A stretch of 64,000 bases of DNA. Source: Phoronis australis (lineage: Eukaryota; Animalia; Phoronida). The stretch lies in the NCBI GenBank assembly GCA_002633005.1, contig NMRA01000028.1, positions 953,556 through 1,017,555 on the forward strand. The letters are read 5' to 3'. A model generated the notes under the pieces. That model saw only the letters and a program-made list of their open reading frames with translations, made no database searches and was not told the origin of the DNA. Below, piece by piece: positions 22,412 to 37,400 of this stretch (the first letter of the stretch is position 1; each line of letters begins with the position of its first letter). Both the position numbers and the translations under genes were made by a program.

Positions 22412-25400
22412 CTGTAACAACAGGTGTCGTGTATACAAGGATATCAGCTACAGACACACTGGAGGGGTCATGTATACAAGGATATCAGCTACAGACACTA
22501 GTTCTACAATTACTAAGTATCTAATATGTAGCCAAAAGAGAGTGAGCATCAGATCACATATGGAACTAAAGTATTAGACTATCACATATGGAACTAAAGT
22601 ATTAGACTATCACATATGGAACTAAAGTATTAGACTATCACATATGGTACTAAAGTATTAGACTATCACATATGGAACTAAAGTATTAGACTATCACATA
22701 TGGAACTTAAGTATTAGACTATCACTTATGGAACTAAAGTATTAGACTATCACATATGATACTAAAGTATTAGACTATCTTTTTTGTCAGACCATGCCAA
22801 TGTCAGTGTGTAACACGTGTAGATCACGTGTGGATGTTTGAGGGTACTTGCAAACTATGGAAGGAGACAGGCATGCAATACAAACATACAGAGATCTCTG
22901 GATATTTTGACTAACTTCCACATGCATCTTCCCACAAGTCAAGACAAGTGAATTTACCAAAGTTTTTACTAAATATGAAAAAGAGGGTACATTTCAGAGA
23001 CGAATTTGTTTGGCAAATTTCATTTATGATGTTAAATATTCAATCAAAAATGTAAAAAAGGTAAATAAAATACTGGCTCAAGACATAAGGCGAGGATGAC
23101 AAACAAGTTCAGCGACTTGTTTACACTATGATCCTCAACAGTTGTTGCTTTAATTGAGGAGTGATCACAAACACTACCAATAGGTGGCATGGTTACCTGC
23201 AGGGCAGTGAGGCAGCATCAGCTTTGGTAAGTTGGTCACACGTTGGAAGTCATCATGGCACATATTACAGAAGTGAGTTGTGCCGAAACAGAAAAAGACA
23301 GCTACGGAACAACAGTAGCGGCACTTGTACTCCAGGAAGTCCATCCCATGCTTTGGGCACATCTGAAATTGTGATGAGCAATGACGGCTGACACAGGCCA
23401 CATATCAAATCTAAATAATAGTTGAATATGATGGCTTATTTAGTAGAGCTAAGTAAGAAATTACAATTTGGCATTCCCAGTTATGGATTCATTGTTTGAG
23501 AGAAGAATGCCAGGCCTAATGTGTTGTTATGTGCCCGGCCTTGTAAAATTACACACACATTTCACAACTCTGATAAAAAGGGAAGATTGTGGTGCTTACA
23601 GAGAGAAAAGAAACATTGGAGAATCTTGACACTTGTAGTTACATTTTTGACAAAAATGATAAATTACAATGCCACTTTTCCAATTCTCACAATTCATAAA
23701 TCAAGCAAATCACAGTACAGTTTATTTTTATTAATTGTTTAATAGATACTGTATTTTGTGAACATAATTGCTCAACCCTTCAGTAAAGAACTAGTAAATT
23801 TTTGCAGGAAATTTTTATCAAAATGTTAGTTTGACACAGACAAGAACTACATGTGAATGGTTCCCTCTACACATAAGAACTACATGTGAATGGTTCCCTC
23901 TACACATAAGCTCCCAATAACTCAACCCACCTGTGCACGCGACACGTCAGAGCATCCCCCACACACCAGCTCAGAGGGGTTGTAGTCGTCGGATATACCT
24001 GCCTCCTCATCACAACGAGCCTCCCCACCGTAGTAAGCCTGATGAGACCAATACAAAAATGCACACTTAAGTCAAAATAAAAATCAAACGACACTAAGTG
24101 GAGATAACCCATCAAACCTAACTATCCAGGGGTCTGTTACAAGAAAGTGTCTTGAAAAAGAAATTTGGTCTTGCACTCCCACTTCCCGATTGCATAATAA
24201 AGATTTGGCCACGTAACAGTGCATAAGAGTTTAGAAATAATTTATAGGAATTGTCTCGGTAACTAGCAGTTATGTGCATATTCTCAGAGACTTGTTTTTT
24301 GCTCCAGTGAGATTTAATAATTTTTCAGAAAAAGTTGTAAGGAGCTAAAGTCACTTCACACATAGCAGATCCTAGAAGACAATCACAAGATGGACGCTAA
24401 ATGGTTACGAGCATATACACCTTTTCAACGAACACCATCCACCATATTTGAAGTTACATGCACTATTCAATTTATTCTAAAATGTTACATGAGCAACTTA
24501 CTCAATGAGAATAAAGTGTAACAGAGACATCTATAGTCAATCATAGGGCACCAATTTACTGAATGTCATTTGAGAGAGTGCAAACCAGTGTTGTCAAGAT
24601 TTTGGAACTATAGTAACTCTTACCTTTCGAATAAAGATTAGACATTTGTTTAAAAATATGAGCATATTTTTTATTCATTCAGTTCATGAAAACAACTGAG
24701 AGGAAACACATTCCACCATTAATTGAGACATTATAAAGTTTAAAACTGTCCAACGCCACTAACCCAAATACTGACCTTGCCACATTTGAAGCAGACATAA
24801 TATGAATAGCGCTCGATGGCGAAGCCAGCAGGATCATTATAGAACCTGCCTCCTGAGTCCTTGATGGCGTCACACTTATGCAGGCCCTCATACTCCAGCC
24901 TCATCAGGGCCTTACGTCGGACGTCCTCCTGCAGGACACGGATAGGGTCCAACAGATCCTTGAGGACAGGATGGTCTATTGTAACCTAGAAATGATATGA
25001 AGTAGAGACATCATGAATAGAATTAAATGCAGAAAAACTGCTTCATGTCCATTGGCAATATGATTACACACCGCAGACTTATGAATCGACAAACTGTGGA
25101 AAAACAACAAGAGATGTGGCACTTTCACTTATTTCAAGTCACTTACATATGGAAAGTCACTTAAGTATGGAAAGACAAAGCGAAAAAAAACTTCCAGAAC
25201 TCAAATTTCCTAATAAAAGATAAAAACATAACTTACACTCTTCACAACCAACAAAAAGAACTAAAAAACCAGAATTTTCACTTTCATAGGAATTAAAAAC
25301 AGTTCAAAACATTTTCACCCTGTAAGACTATAAAAATAACTCAAAACAACAAAATAAATTAGGTTAGGACCCAAAATTTATAATGTCAGGACTTACAATT

Positions 25401-28400
25401 GATCACCCCAGGACCGATATTTTACGTCAGAAATGAAAATATACCATGTCGGGACAAAAAAATTACCATGTCAGCATGTCAGAACCAAAATATTTAATAT
25501 TAAGGCAGGAACGAAAATTTAACATGTTAGGAAAATTTCATGCCAGAAAATTTTGTGCCAGACCACATGACCATCCACAAGCCCGTGACCCCACATGGAG
25601 ATGACGTGACTAGGTACACAAGGGCTAAGCGTTCAACATGTCTCGCTAACGACAGTCACATTATCATGACAATGAGGTTGAAATTCCGTTCAGCCGTCAC
25701 ATTATGCATCAGAAGTCAATGTACACTTGGGCACACTAGGACTCTCTGTCAACTTGCTTCAAGTGAATGACGTCCACACGTTCGTGGTCACGTGCTTGTG
25801 GACGGACACGTGGCCTCCTGGCATGAAATTTTTGAATTCCATGTCCGGGCATGATAAAGTTTTAGTCCTGATATGTTAAATTTTGGTCCTGATATGATAA
25901 ATTAAAGGTTTTGGTGTGATAAATTCTGGTTTTGAGAACATTTTTGGTCTTACAGAGATTTTAATTCTTGAATAGAAAATATGTATCATCCTGGGATTTT
26001 TTACACTTTCATTGGCTTTTCATTTGTTCTATTTTTAAATTGTGTAACTTCATTAACAATATTGCCTAACACAAAGTCCTTGGATTTTTTTTCAATAAAA
26101 TTAAACTCGCTTCAGCAAGAGACTACAGTCCTATGCTCTGCTCAGTATTGTGACTTCTGGTAGTCGTCAATTTGTTCCACGGCAAGTACACTGCCAAATT
26201 GTGCTGGATCACACAGGCTGAAGTTTCAGCGGACTAGATATAGAGAATATACAAAATTTTTAGTATGTGACAACAAAAAAGTTCATGAAGAAACACTACA
26301 GAGAAAGATCTATCTCTTTTATTGATAATTGCACAAAATTGTGAATGCAAAATTCAGTGTAGAAATATGATGCCCAAAAGCACTTCACAGCTTCCAAAAT
26401 GTCATGAGAAAATCATGTTCGAGAAGTGATGGAAATGTCCTGAAAATAAACTCCACCAACCTTGCAGATGGGGCACTGCGAGAAGCCGAATGTGATCCTG
26501 GGTCCAACCCAGCGTTTGGAGAGTATATTACGGGTGCAGTGGAGATGGAACACGTGACCACACTCCAACTGAAAGAGAATAAAGCAGAGTTAGAAAGTTG
26601 AGATAAACAAGGTTTTATGGAGAAGTTCTGTGACTATAGTGTCTGTAGGTCTAATAGGAATACAGCAAAAATCAACCCATGTTCTGCAGTGGCTTGAAGA
26701 ACACAGAAGTCAAAACTGGCTGAAATCGTTTTTTCAGTTGCACTGAGTAGTCAATTTGAAACAAAAGTGCATATCAGATCAACTGAAGTGTTAATCATAA
26801 TAGAAACAAGGGCCACAAGCTATAAGGTTATATTAAAATATAGTTGACAGGTCATTATCCCCTAAAGTTTCAGACTTGTTTTTTAACCATAGTGTTCACT
26901 GGTAATACAACAAAAATTAAATTAAAATGTTCTTGACTTAATCTTAAGATGAAAACAAGGACGTGAAACAAAGATGTATTTACATAATTTCAGCTTATTA
27001 CAGGCCCTATATATCAGTTTGTAATGCATGAGCATTGTCACATCACCAAATGAAATTCCACATTAACCCAATTAAAACAATATTTTCTAGTATGGGTAGT
27101 AACTATAACAGTGCCGTTATTAAACTGGGAGCTATTTTTCTATTAAGGACAGTACAAATCCCTAGTCGTCTTGGTAAGAATTTTGCAAAGTTAAATACTC
27201 TTCCCATACTCCTTTGTATCGACAGAAAACTGACGTAAACGTCCCAACAAAAGGGTTGCATCTTGGGAGTGGATTCACTTCTGATGAGCGCACACAATGA
27301 CCAACACAGTCTTTGTTCAGTAACCAGTCAGTCGGTGTGTCTGCTCAATGGACAAGATGCTGGGCTTTACGTCACAATTCTCTTGTCACAAAGGAGAGGG
27401 TAAACGAACATGACCAAACATTATGTTCGGTTTGTCCAGTCCGTGAAATGTTGCCGTACCTGTATGGCAGGGGCGGCGTTGAGAGCTTCTGTGAAACAGA
27501 TCATACACATGTCATCAGCATCCTGCTTCAGAGTGGAGTCCTTGGCACAACCTTGCAGACAGGGGAGACAAATCTCCTCATCCTTGATTCCACCACATAA
27601 ATGACCACAAGGCAATGTCTTGAAGCATGCATTCTGGGCATATTCCTAGATGAAACATTAACAGTACACCAATAAATTAACATCCCTTATTAAGTGAGGA
27701 TAAAACACTGAATAGTCTTCTGAGGACACATAGCAAAACAATGTTCAAATTTTGCATCAACACAAGCTATCACAATCATTATGGTTTGTGAGTGAGATGG
27801 TTAATAATACTATAATCAAATTTTAATTATCTGTAAAATACACAGAACAAAATAACTGAACAAGAACAATTCAGAGCACTGAAATGCACCCACGAGGCAC
27901 CTCAAACAATTTGCTTCTAGGTGTGCTTATTTATATCATAAAAATGGCCATTAGACAGCACAGAATACATTGAACTCAACCGAAAATTGGAAGGAGTCGT
28001 CGTCTCTCAAAACTATTTACCAAATTTCATGACAATCTATCTAAAAACTCCAAAGATACAAAGGCAAAGGCAAAAAAGAACAAATTGCCATTCAGAACCA
28101 CATGAGTAGTCCTAACTGTCCATCTGTTGTCAAGTTAATGGAATGCAATTGCAAAATTTCAAAAACAGATGATGCAGTCATAGTTGCAAAAAATGTTATT
28201 AGGGGGCACCACTATTATTGGATCCGTCTGAAATCCACATCAGTCAAGCCCTTGTCAGTAGGAACACGTCCGCCAAGTTTCATAATGACTCTCTATGCAG
28301 TTTGGCAGATACAGAAGCAGACGACAAAATACAGACTGAGAAGTAATTAAAATGGCCACTAGTTGGTGCAGAACACGTGGAATCTATCATAAAATGGAAA

Positions 28401-31400
28401 GGTGCCATTGTCTTCACAACAGAAACTTGTTTGTCAAATTTCATGAAAAAGTATCAAGGAACTCTGAAGTTATTGAGGCAAATATAAAAATAAAATTACT
28501 TCTTGGGAGCACAGTCGTAGTTGGACTGCTCTGAGACTCGTCATTATCTGTTGCCATCTCTCTTACAAAGGGTAAAGGAGAAACAGCTATGGACACAACA
28601 AAAAAAAATAGCCACTAGGGAGCACCAGACTAACTGAACATGTCCGAAAATCAATGACAGCCTTGGTCTTCTCATCAGGAACACATCTCCCAAATTTAAT
28701 AAATAAATGATCTTTCAAGGGGTTTGGTGGATGGAGAGATAGGCGTCAAACACATACTCAAAAATTTTTAAAGTGGCTGCCAGGTGGCGCAGATTACGCC
28801 AAGTACCTCCAAAAATGAGAAGGTGTCGTCGTGTGCTTGATAGAAACCTATCTGCAAAATTTTATGATAACAAAATGGCCACTTTAAGTCAAATCTCTCT
28901 CAAACAGGAAAATGTCATCATTTCTTTAATAGGAACCTATTCATCAAATTTCATAAAAATTCATCAAGGTGCTGCAAAGATACAGAAGACAACCTAAAAA
29001 AATAAAATTGCCACTAGGGGAGCTTAGTGGTAGTTGAATCTGTTCAAATGTCGTCGTTGTCCGTTGTCAACTTCATATAAATATGCTTGCCAATTGAACG
29101 TTAATAAAGCTCCTGCAGAGGGTTAGGGAAATACAGCCATAGACACAACAAGACTGCCACTAGGAAGAACCACAATAGTCAGAGTCATCTGAAAATCATC
29201 ATCAGCTGTCCTCTTCACACTAGAAACACACACGCCAATATTTATAGTCATCCTTATGGTGGATAAAGGGGCTGATGCCAAAAACAGACTCGAAAACAGT
29301 AAAAATGGCCACTAGGTGACGCAAAGTACCCCAAATCCATCCAAAAACGAGAAGGTGGTGTCATCTAACTAATAGATACCTGTTTGCTAAATTTAATGAA
29401 AATCTGTTAAAGACCTCCAAAGATATAGACTATTGAGGTAAATGTAAAAAGCTAAAATAGCCTCTAGGAGGCACACCGGCAGTTTGATCTGTCAGAAAAT
29501 TTGCTCATGAAAGGAACACATTCGCAAAATTTTATGAACATACATTGAAGGGTTTTGGAAATAGAGCAGTGGATGCTTTACAGAAGGACGGACAAGGATG
29601 AGGGTATAATCATGGTATAAAAATCACTTCTTTCTGGATAGGCACATATTAAATAAAATAAATACTATATAGCCACCAAATCCAAGGGCTTCTAATTAGT
29701 CATAATCAAACAACCAAATATGTCTCGTTTATTTCTGCTAAGATTCAATATTTACCTCCTAATGAGAAATGAAATGAACTTTGATCAGTTCCAATCAGTA
29801 TTTTCCTACAAAATCCTTATTCAAGCAACAGAGGACAGGTGCATCCCCCTCAAAATAAGGACCACAGCTTCATTTTGAAAAGGCGCAAAATATACAAACC
29901 TGACAGTCTGGATCAGAGCAGACATTGCCTACAGCCAGAAGTCCTGTGTTACCTGTAGTGCCACAGAAACGGCAAGTGCCTGTCGCATATGGCAGCGGCT
30001 TCGCATTGTCTGAAAGACATAATGAAATTTTTGCTCAGTCACAGTAATCGATAGTGTAGAGCCAAACTTAAAAAAAAATCTGCAGAAACATCTTAATAAA
30101 CATTCTACAATTTTATCAATTCAATAAAACATATGGAGAACGACAACACTTGCTAACTTTAAACAAGAGTTGGTTTGGTCGTGAACAAAAAACTTCAAAG
30201 TGGTTTTGACAAATTACAGGCTCAATGATAACAAGAGAAGACAGTGTGGTTCAGTGGTTAGAACTCCGGGCTACCACTTGGGAGACTTGGTTTTCAAATC
30301 ATGACTTCACTGGCTGACATTCAAGCATTACTAAAAGGTGTCTCTTATTCCTCTGAGCTTGGTCTTACTTGTGGCTGTGTGCAAGGGAGTGAATGAGAAC
30401 CTGGATACAACGCAAAAGCGATTTCTAAGGCTGTGCTCATATTAAAAAATGATAACAAGGCGTACTTTTAGCACCCTCTCTGAACTCAACCAGAGCCTTG
30501 AGTGTCTTGGAATCTGCCAGTGCCAGGATCCAAAACAGTTTGGTTCGACCACACCCTTCGTGTAAGTCCACCTTGATGGACTCTTCTTCATCTTTGAAGA
30601 TCTAAAAAACACATCACTATATAATGCAAGTAACATTATAACACACAGGCAATACAAATTTACAGTAGGAATAAAATTTCAACATATTAATTTAGTATTA
30701 TGACTAAATAAAACATCAAATTTTATATCACACTGAAAACTTTCCAACTACAAATCACTTTACTAGTCTTATGACTGCAGTAATCTAATTACTTTCAGTA
30801 GCACTCTGAAGTGTCAAGTCTGCAGATAACTAATTAATCTAGTTCATTGGTTATGAACAAGAACATGCATATGATGTTGATGAGACAGCAGGAATCAAAG
30901 CTGAATATTAAGAACAGCTGCAATGGTATGAACATCAATAATAACATGGGATTATAATGATAACATGCAATAATAACATGGGATGACAATGATAACAACA
31001 GGCAATAATAACATGGGATGACAATGATAACAACAGGCAATAATAACATGGGATGACAATGATAACAACAGGCAATAATAACATGGGATGACAATGATAA
31101 CAACAAGCAATAATAACATGGGATGACAATGATAACAACAGGCAATAACAATGATGATGCACATAATAATGATGCAAAAAAATCACACTCCACCCTACCT
31201 GGCGTTGGTGCGCTCTCTTCGTCTTGGGCAAGTGTAGGAATCTGTCACAGTCGGCGCACAGGTTACCACACTCCACACATTTAATGATGGCCAGGGTGTT
31301 ACCGTCGTCATGGTTATCACAGGTTGGCTGCAACATAGCAGCAAAATAAATTACCAGCAATTTATTTCAAAGATTTAGTTCGGCAAAGCCCTCTTGAGCT

Positions 31401-34400
31401 ATAAACCAAACCGCTGAATCACAAAGGATATCAACTGGATTATTCAAAAAACTTTGAGACATTCAATACAAGAGTCCAATTTGACCTATAGACAAACAGG
31501 TACACAAAGTTGTTAACTTTTATAGTAACAATGTTTCAAGGAAGCAACAACATCTCAAAGAGTGCAACTTACCATAGGTGTACCTGGAGACCCATCACTT
31601 TTGACCCATTGACCCGAGGACAGTTTCTCTGTATGGTCGGGGTCAAGGACACAAAGTGCGCCCAATGCCAACCAGAGCTGCAAGAGGATCAGTTACTTCA
31701 GGCATGTGACTATGAACAAGTTGTACAAAAATAGAGCACTGAGCCATGTATGGTGATCAATAAAATATCGACACAATGTTGACAAAAACATAGTTTTAAC
31801 AATGTTATGACAGATACCATGAAGGAAGCATAAGTAAGAAACACTTCTAAACCATGCAAGAAATAACAGAGGATGTTTTCTCAACAATTTCTCCAGTTTA
31901 AGACCACAGAAATTTCATCAATCTTTATTTCCCATAACAACGAAACACAGTTTGTAATTTCCCAACCCATTTCCTTCTCTGCAGCCACCACACTGTAACA
32001 CTTACTCATTAGACAACATGATAAAAAACATTAAGTCATTGAGATATGATTTAGCTTCAGCCCCACACTAGTATTGGAGATTATTTACAACAAGGAATAA
32101 AGTACAGTCTGAGTATTTAGCCATCGTCATACCGTGGGTATCTGGATACATTCGGCAGAAGAGCGTTGATCTTCCTCCAGTTTGGTTAAGTTCAAGATAG
32201 ACTCAGCGATAGCGGCCTTAGTGACCTCAGCCCACTCTTGAGACAGCTGGCCCTGTAACATGGATAAGTTAGTTAACAGTCCCCACAGAAAGAATCAATG
32301 AGAGCACCAACGACACCTATGGTGAAAGAATAAGACAATTATATTTAGATTACGTCTGCTTCGCGAATGTCTTTAAAAAAGTTCAGATACAGTTGTGGGA
32401 TGAGGTTTGAGATGGCTGCTGATTTTCATAGTTAGCCATTCCCCACACAACAAGCAGTGAAGAGACTATTTCAATTTGAAAAAAAACTCACACAAGTTGA
32501 AAGTCAGTACAGTGGGTAGGTCTGAATTGCGAAATAAGCTATTAATTCCAGTTAGAGCACAAGAACATGTAAATACAATCAATAATAGACTGCCATTTTG
32601 TACAACAAACAATGGTTGGGAAAGATGACTTTATTATGGTCTTAAGGCACTTGAAATGCTGATCAACAATCTATGGTGAACAAACAAGCAAAAGTTTCTA
32701 ACTAAGAGACTGAATATAGTCAGTCTAGATAAACAAAGTGAAAGCAACTCACCTTTGCACAGTTTCACATTTTTACTTCTATTTCCTTTTTGTAAATAAT
32801 ATGAATTACCAGAGTATTAACAATTACGCAAGTGGGACATTAGTGGTGACAGCCCATGTGACGTACGAAAACGTGCCCTCGTCAAAAACCCATTAAGCTT
32901 TCTAACTCCTAACACTTAGCCACCAATGGAAACTAAACAAATTCAAACGACACTCACATTGCACATATGTGATACTTCCCATTATCCATCAGAGGAGTAA
33001 ATATAGACTATTTCACAAAACCTGTTCAGTACACACAACTTACACTGGCCATGTCCTTGAGCAGATTCACAATTTCAGTAGTCATCTTCTCTGTGATGCT
33101 ACCCTTAAGGTACCATCGCTGGTCATTTGGTGCTCTAATGAAAACGAAACAGATTTTGGATGTTAAGTTGCAGTTAGCATAATATTTTAAAGTTTAACAT
33201 CAAGAGTAAATAATATTTTCTTGTCAGAAAATCAGCAATTTTGTAAGCAGCTATTTTCAGCAAAAACAATGAAAAAAATGAAGATGCATTTCCATATTCA
33301 ATGGAAATTCCATGTAAATATTCAAGTGATAACAGCATACATAAATGTAGCATAGATAACCTACATAAATATGCAAAACACTAGTCTAGCAAACGAAAAT
33401 TGCATTATTTGGAATATTGACACAAGGGCCTAAATTTACATTTGTATACTAGGGTGTTTGGATAAACAAGCATGTTATGTAACAGAGAATGAGATTCTGT
33501 GTCTCATGCCATGTATAAATTTCATCTTGCATTGCTTTGGTGTCAAGTTCTGTTTAGTTTTTGTTTTTTGTTATCCATGCGACAATCAGTAGTTATCAAG
33601 TGCCACCTATGGGCCAGATGACTCACGCTCTGATAGGAGAGTCCAAGAGAGTGATGGATGATATTTCTTTCTTGCTCTTCACTTGAACTGTCAAGCCCTT
33701 GGCAATACACGCCAGGAACACATCCAGAATCCTCTGCAGGTATGGGTTAAACTGAGCAGGGTAGAAACCCTGGACGTCGGAGAGAACGCTGACATCTTTA
33801 GCAGGCAGGGTGTGAATGCGTAAGTTACGAGCAAATGTCTGTGGCAGAACCTCAGGCAAGACTCGTCGCAACAATGAGGTCACCTGTAATATTGAGAGCA
33901 CTTAGCATACAGTAAAAACTGAATGCTGCATAGACCAGTGAGAAAACAGGTTATCTTAATATAGCCTCAGGCATGATTTTCTGTAACCTAGCATTGGCTG
34001 GAGTTCTCATTATTCATCACTGCAAAAGTCATTTGAGTGTGCAACTGTACCCCTCTAAACACCATATGGAAGACATCCCAGGTATCCACCACTAGAGTCA
34101 CCCACCTGATTCTGTAGTCAGGATGTCCCTATGTGCAGGTACCCTCACTCACCAAAAGATGACGCCCCCTGTATGTCCACAATTAAGACTCACTCACCTG
34201 TCCCTGTAGTCGAGGTGTCCTCGTGTGGAAGTACCCCCCACACACAATATAGAGGATATCCCGTGTGTCCACACTAGACTCACTCACCTGTCTCTGTAGT
34301 CGAGGTGTTCCTGTGTGGAGCAGGGTCACCAGGTCCTGCAATAACTCTTGTTGCTGTGCCAGGTATGTACGACCCACCTGGGAGCCACTTAGGGCCAGGA

Positions 34401-37400
34401 CCATGGATAACAGCTCAAAACAATAGGCATCCGAGGTCCTGCAACAATAAAATTGATATTAACTAAAATACGTGACACTCTATAGATCAATTCTAGTTGT
34501 AAGAATTCCCTTTTTAAGTGCTTCAAAATTAGCAAAACTACTTAACAAAAATGAGCAAAAAATTAGTCAATTCTCTCCAGATTTTGGGCCAATTATCTCC
34601 AATTATCTCTGCAGTTGTATGTTTTTAGGTGATTGTTAAGTAGCACAAAGAATGGTCAACTGTCATCCATTTTTGACATTATTGGACAAATTTAGAATTA
34701 GTCACATTTTATTTTTTGTCATTAGTACTCTTCACAATTTTGCAAAACCAGACAACCCCCACTTGGTTTTTTAAACAAATTCCGTTACAGAACATGTCAG
34801 AGCTCACCGTGAGTCATCAATGAGTGATGGGTCATGTGACTTCACTAGCTCCTCCCACTCTTCTTTGACATGGCTCGTCTCCTTCCTAATGGCCTCAACT
34901 ATATGTTCACACACCTACATGGACACAGATAATGATGAGCCAACAGTGATTGACAAGTTATGTGACCCTGAAACCGTTCAGACTTCATTTTATGTCAAGT
35001 GTTAACTTTGCAAATAACAATAACGGTGATCAAACCTTAATCTAGCCAAACAATAAATATATTACATAAACTCAATAGATGGTGATGACATTCACCTATG
35101 AAGGCATACACAAGGTTTTTACATACATGTCCAGTGGGTTTTGGATGTTAAACCAATGAAAATAGAAGAGAAGCCAAGCTCACCTGCTTCTGTAAGTGGG
35201 TCAAGGTCATTCCTTTGCGACTGAACAGTATGCCCACCATATGTTCCTTGAGGTTTGTTTCTGTCTCGCCGGCCATCCCGTCAAGATCTTCCTTACTGTC
35301 AGTGCGAGCGAACAGTGGATCCTCGGATTTATCCGAAATTAACCGGCCAAACACCTAAAAGATAACATTGATAAGCTGCTGAAGACAGTGATCCTTAAAA
35401 GTCCTAATCATGATGGTATGCTCCGCCACTAAGTTGTGATTTTTTATTTGTAAAAAAGTTGAAAGACTCTTCACAAGATAGTGAACAGCTGCTTATGTTA
35501 AAAAGTTTGTCTTTAAATATGCATTTTATTCCCAGCCAATGGTACGCAGAAAATGGCACGCAATTTTTCCATTGGCTACAGCATGTGATAATAAGACATT
35601 TGAGCAACTTTCAACAGACACTTTTAAGTTGAGAGATTTTGGAATACCAAAATTGAATTATTAGAAGACGGCATTCTAAGCAGAACTAAACCGACCAATG
35701 AGACCAGTGAGCCCCACAAATCTCTAACGCCGTAAAAAGGTTCGTTATCATTCATGGGCTAATGATTACATCATGCCCAGATCAAATTCAGTCTCTCCAT
35801 CAAAAAGTTTCACAGTAATGATGACCTAGAAAACTAATTGGCTCAATGCCAGCAGTTTCATTCTCAATCTGTTCCACCCCGACATTGGACACGGACCACT
35901 ATATCACATCAAGCATGTTTGCTGCTTGATTAACACCATGTTCTTCCTCAACAGTTTGCTTATATCAGTTTACATCAGTTATACTCCACGGCTTACCTCT
36001 GAAGTAAGAAGCCTGAAGACTCGTAGCGTCTCCGATTCACACTTCTTTCTATCTGCTGCCATCTTGTTGAATTGTTTGTCAACAATGCTGGACTCGCCTT
36101 TCCTCATACCTATTACCTTCACTTGCCGAGCACGCAGGGTGTTGTCTGGACCTACACCAACAGAACGGATATGGTTATTATTTCTTGGGTGACGATGCAT
36201 GATAGAAATTTGATCTGTTATGGTCACAGGGCATTTTCACAGTTTTGAAATGTTTTGCAGAGCAACTGAATTACTTTTTAATAAAGTCAGACAGAATGAG
36301 TCAATACATTGGTTCTACATCAAAGGAGAGTTCATTTTGTACTCCACAACTGTAAAGTCATTTGTTCTCAACGGTTATTATAAAATTCTACGTACAAAGT
36401 AGTGCTTTTTTACTTTTAAACTTAGTAACAGATTTCTGTGACCTGAACACAAACCTCTTAAATTCATCTTGCAAGCCCTATTCTGAGGGTCAGTTACAAA
36501 GCATGTGACCCAACCAGCATGACGGGCGTCGAGGTCAACTTCATGGTAGTTCGGGATCACTTCATCCCATGAGGGGCCGACACTGAACATCACACTCGTT
36601 ACTTTGTTCTGCAATCAACAACAGACGCTTTGCATAGCAAATTGAATAACAGACAACAAAACATTGTCAAGTAAATTTTAAATTCTGAGCAACGAGCTCA
36701 TTACGCTGAAAAAAACAATTGCTGCAGCAAGCGACCAAGTAAAACAATTGCTGCAGCAAGCGACCAAGTAAAACAATTGCTGCAGCAAGCGACCAAGTAA
36801 AACAATTGCTGCAGCAAGCGACCAAGTAAAACAATTGCTGCAGCAAGCGACCAAGTAAAACAAAATCTCAAGAGCATAACTATATCAGGAAAACACCTAC
36901 AAAATTCAAGTTTCAGACATTATTGAAGCAGCTACAAACACGAAATGGAAAAAGAGGTGACTACAGAAGGCATAGAGTCAGGTCCCTCAATTTCTCCGTT
37001 TTTACCTGCTCCATTTCCCTCCAAAAATATTAAACAATCACACAAAATTGCCCTCATGAGGCCCAGTAATTCTTGTCAAGTGATTGAAAAATTCCTCTCG
37101 ATGTTCGAATCACTTAGAACTCACACAGGTGATAAATTGAATGACCACAAAAAGTTAGTTTTGCCTACTTGAGACAGAGCCTATGAGGACTTGCAACAGT
37201 GTAGGGGGTGCTAGTAATGGTGATGCGGGGGTGGTAGAATTTTCCCCACACCCTTAAAATTCCCCTCTCAGAAGGCACAAACACCTTTCCCCTTGGGTTA
37301 TCGAAGGCCCTGAGTGTTAAAAATACTTCTGGATGGCCAACTCACAAAATTGTAGAAAACTCAAACACTAAGCATAAATGACAAGCGCATTGCTTATAAC

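Noticed and set aside
22553-22779. CRISPR-like appearance of the 28-43-bp arrays (also 36712, 46821, 50978)
   Set aside because: Units are head-to-tail with no unique spacers, there are no cas genes, and the context is eukaryotic introns; these are minisatellites.
30834-31193. Cys/Leu-rich ORFs in three frames
   Set aside because: Translations of a 35-bp minisatellite.
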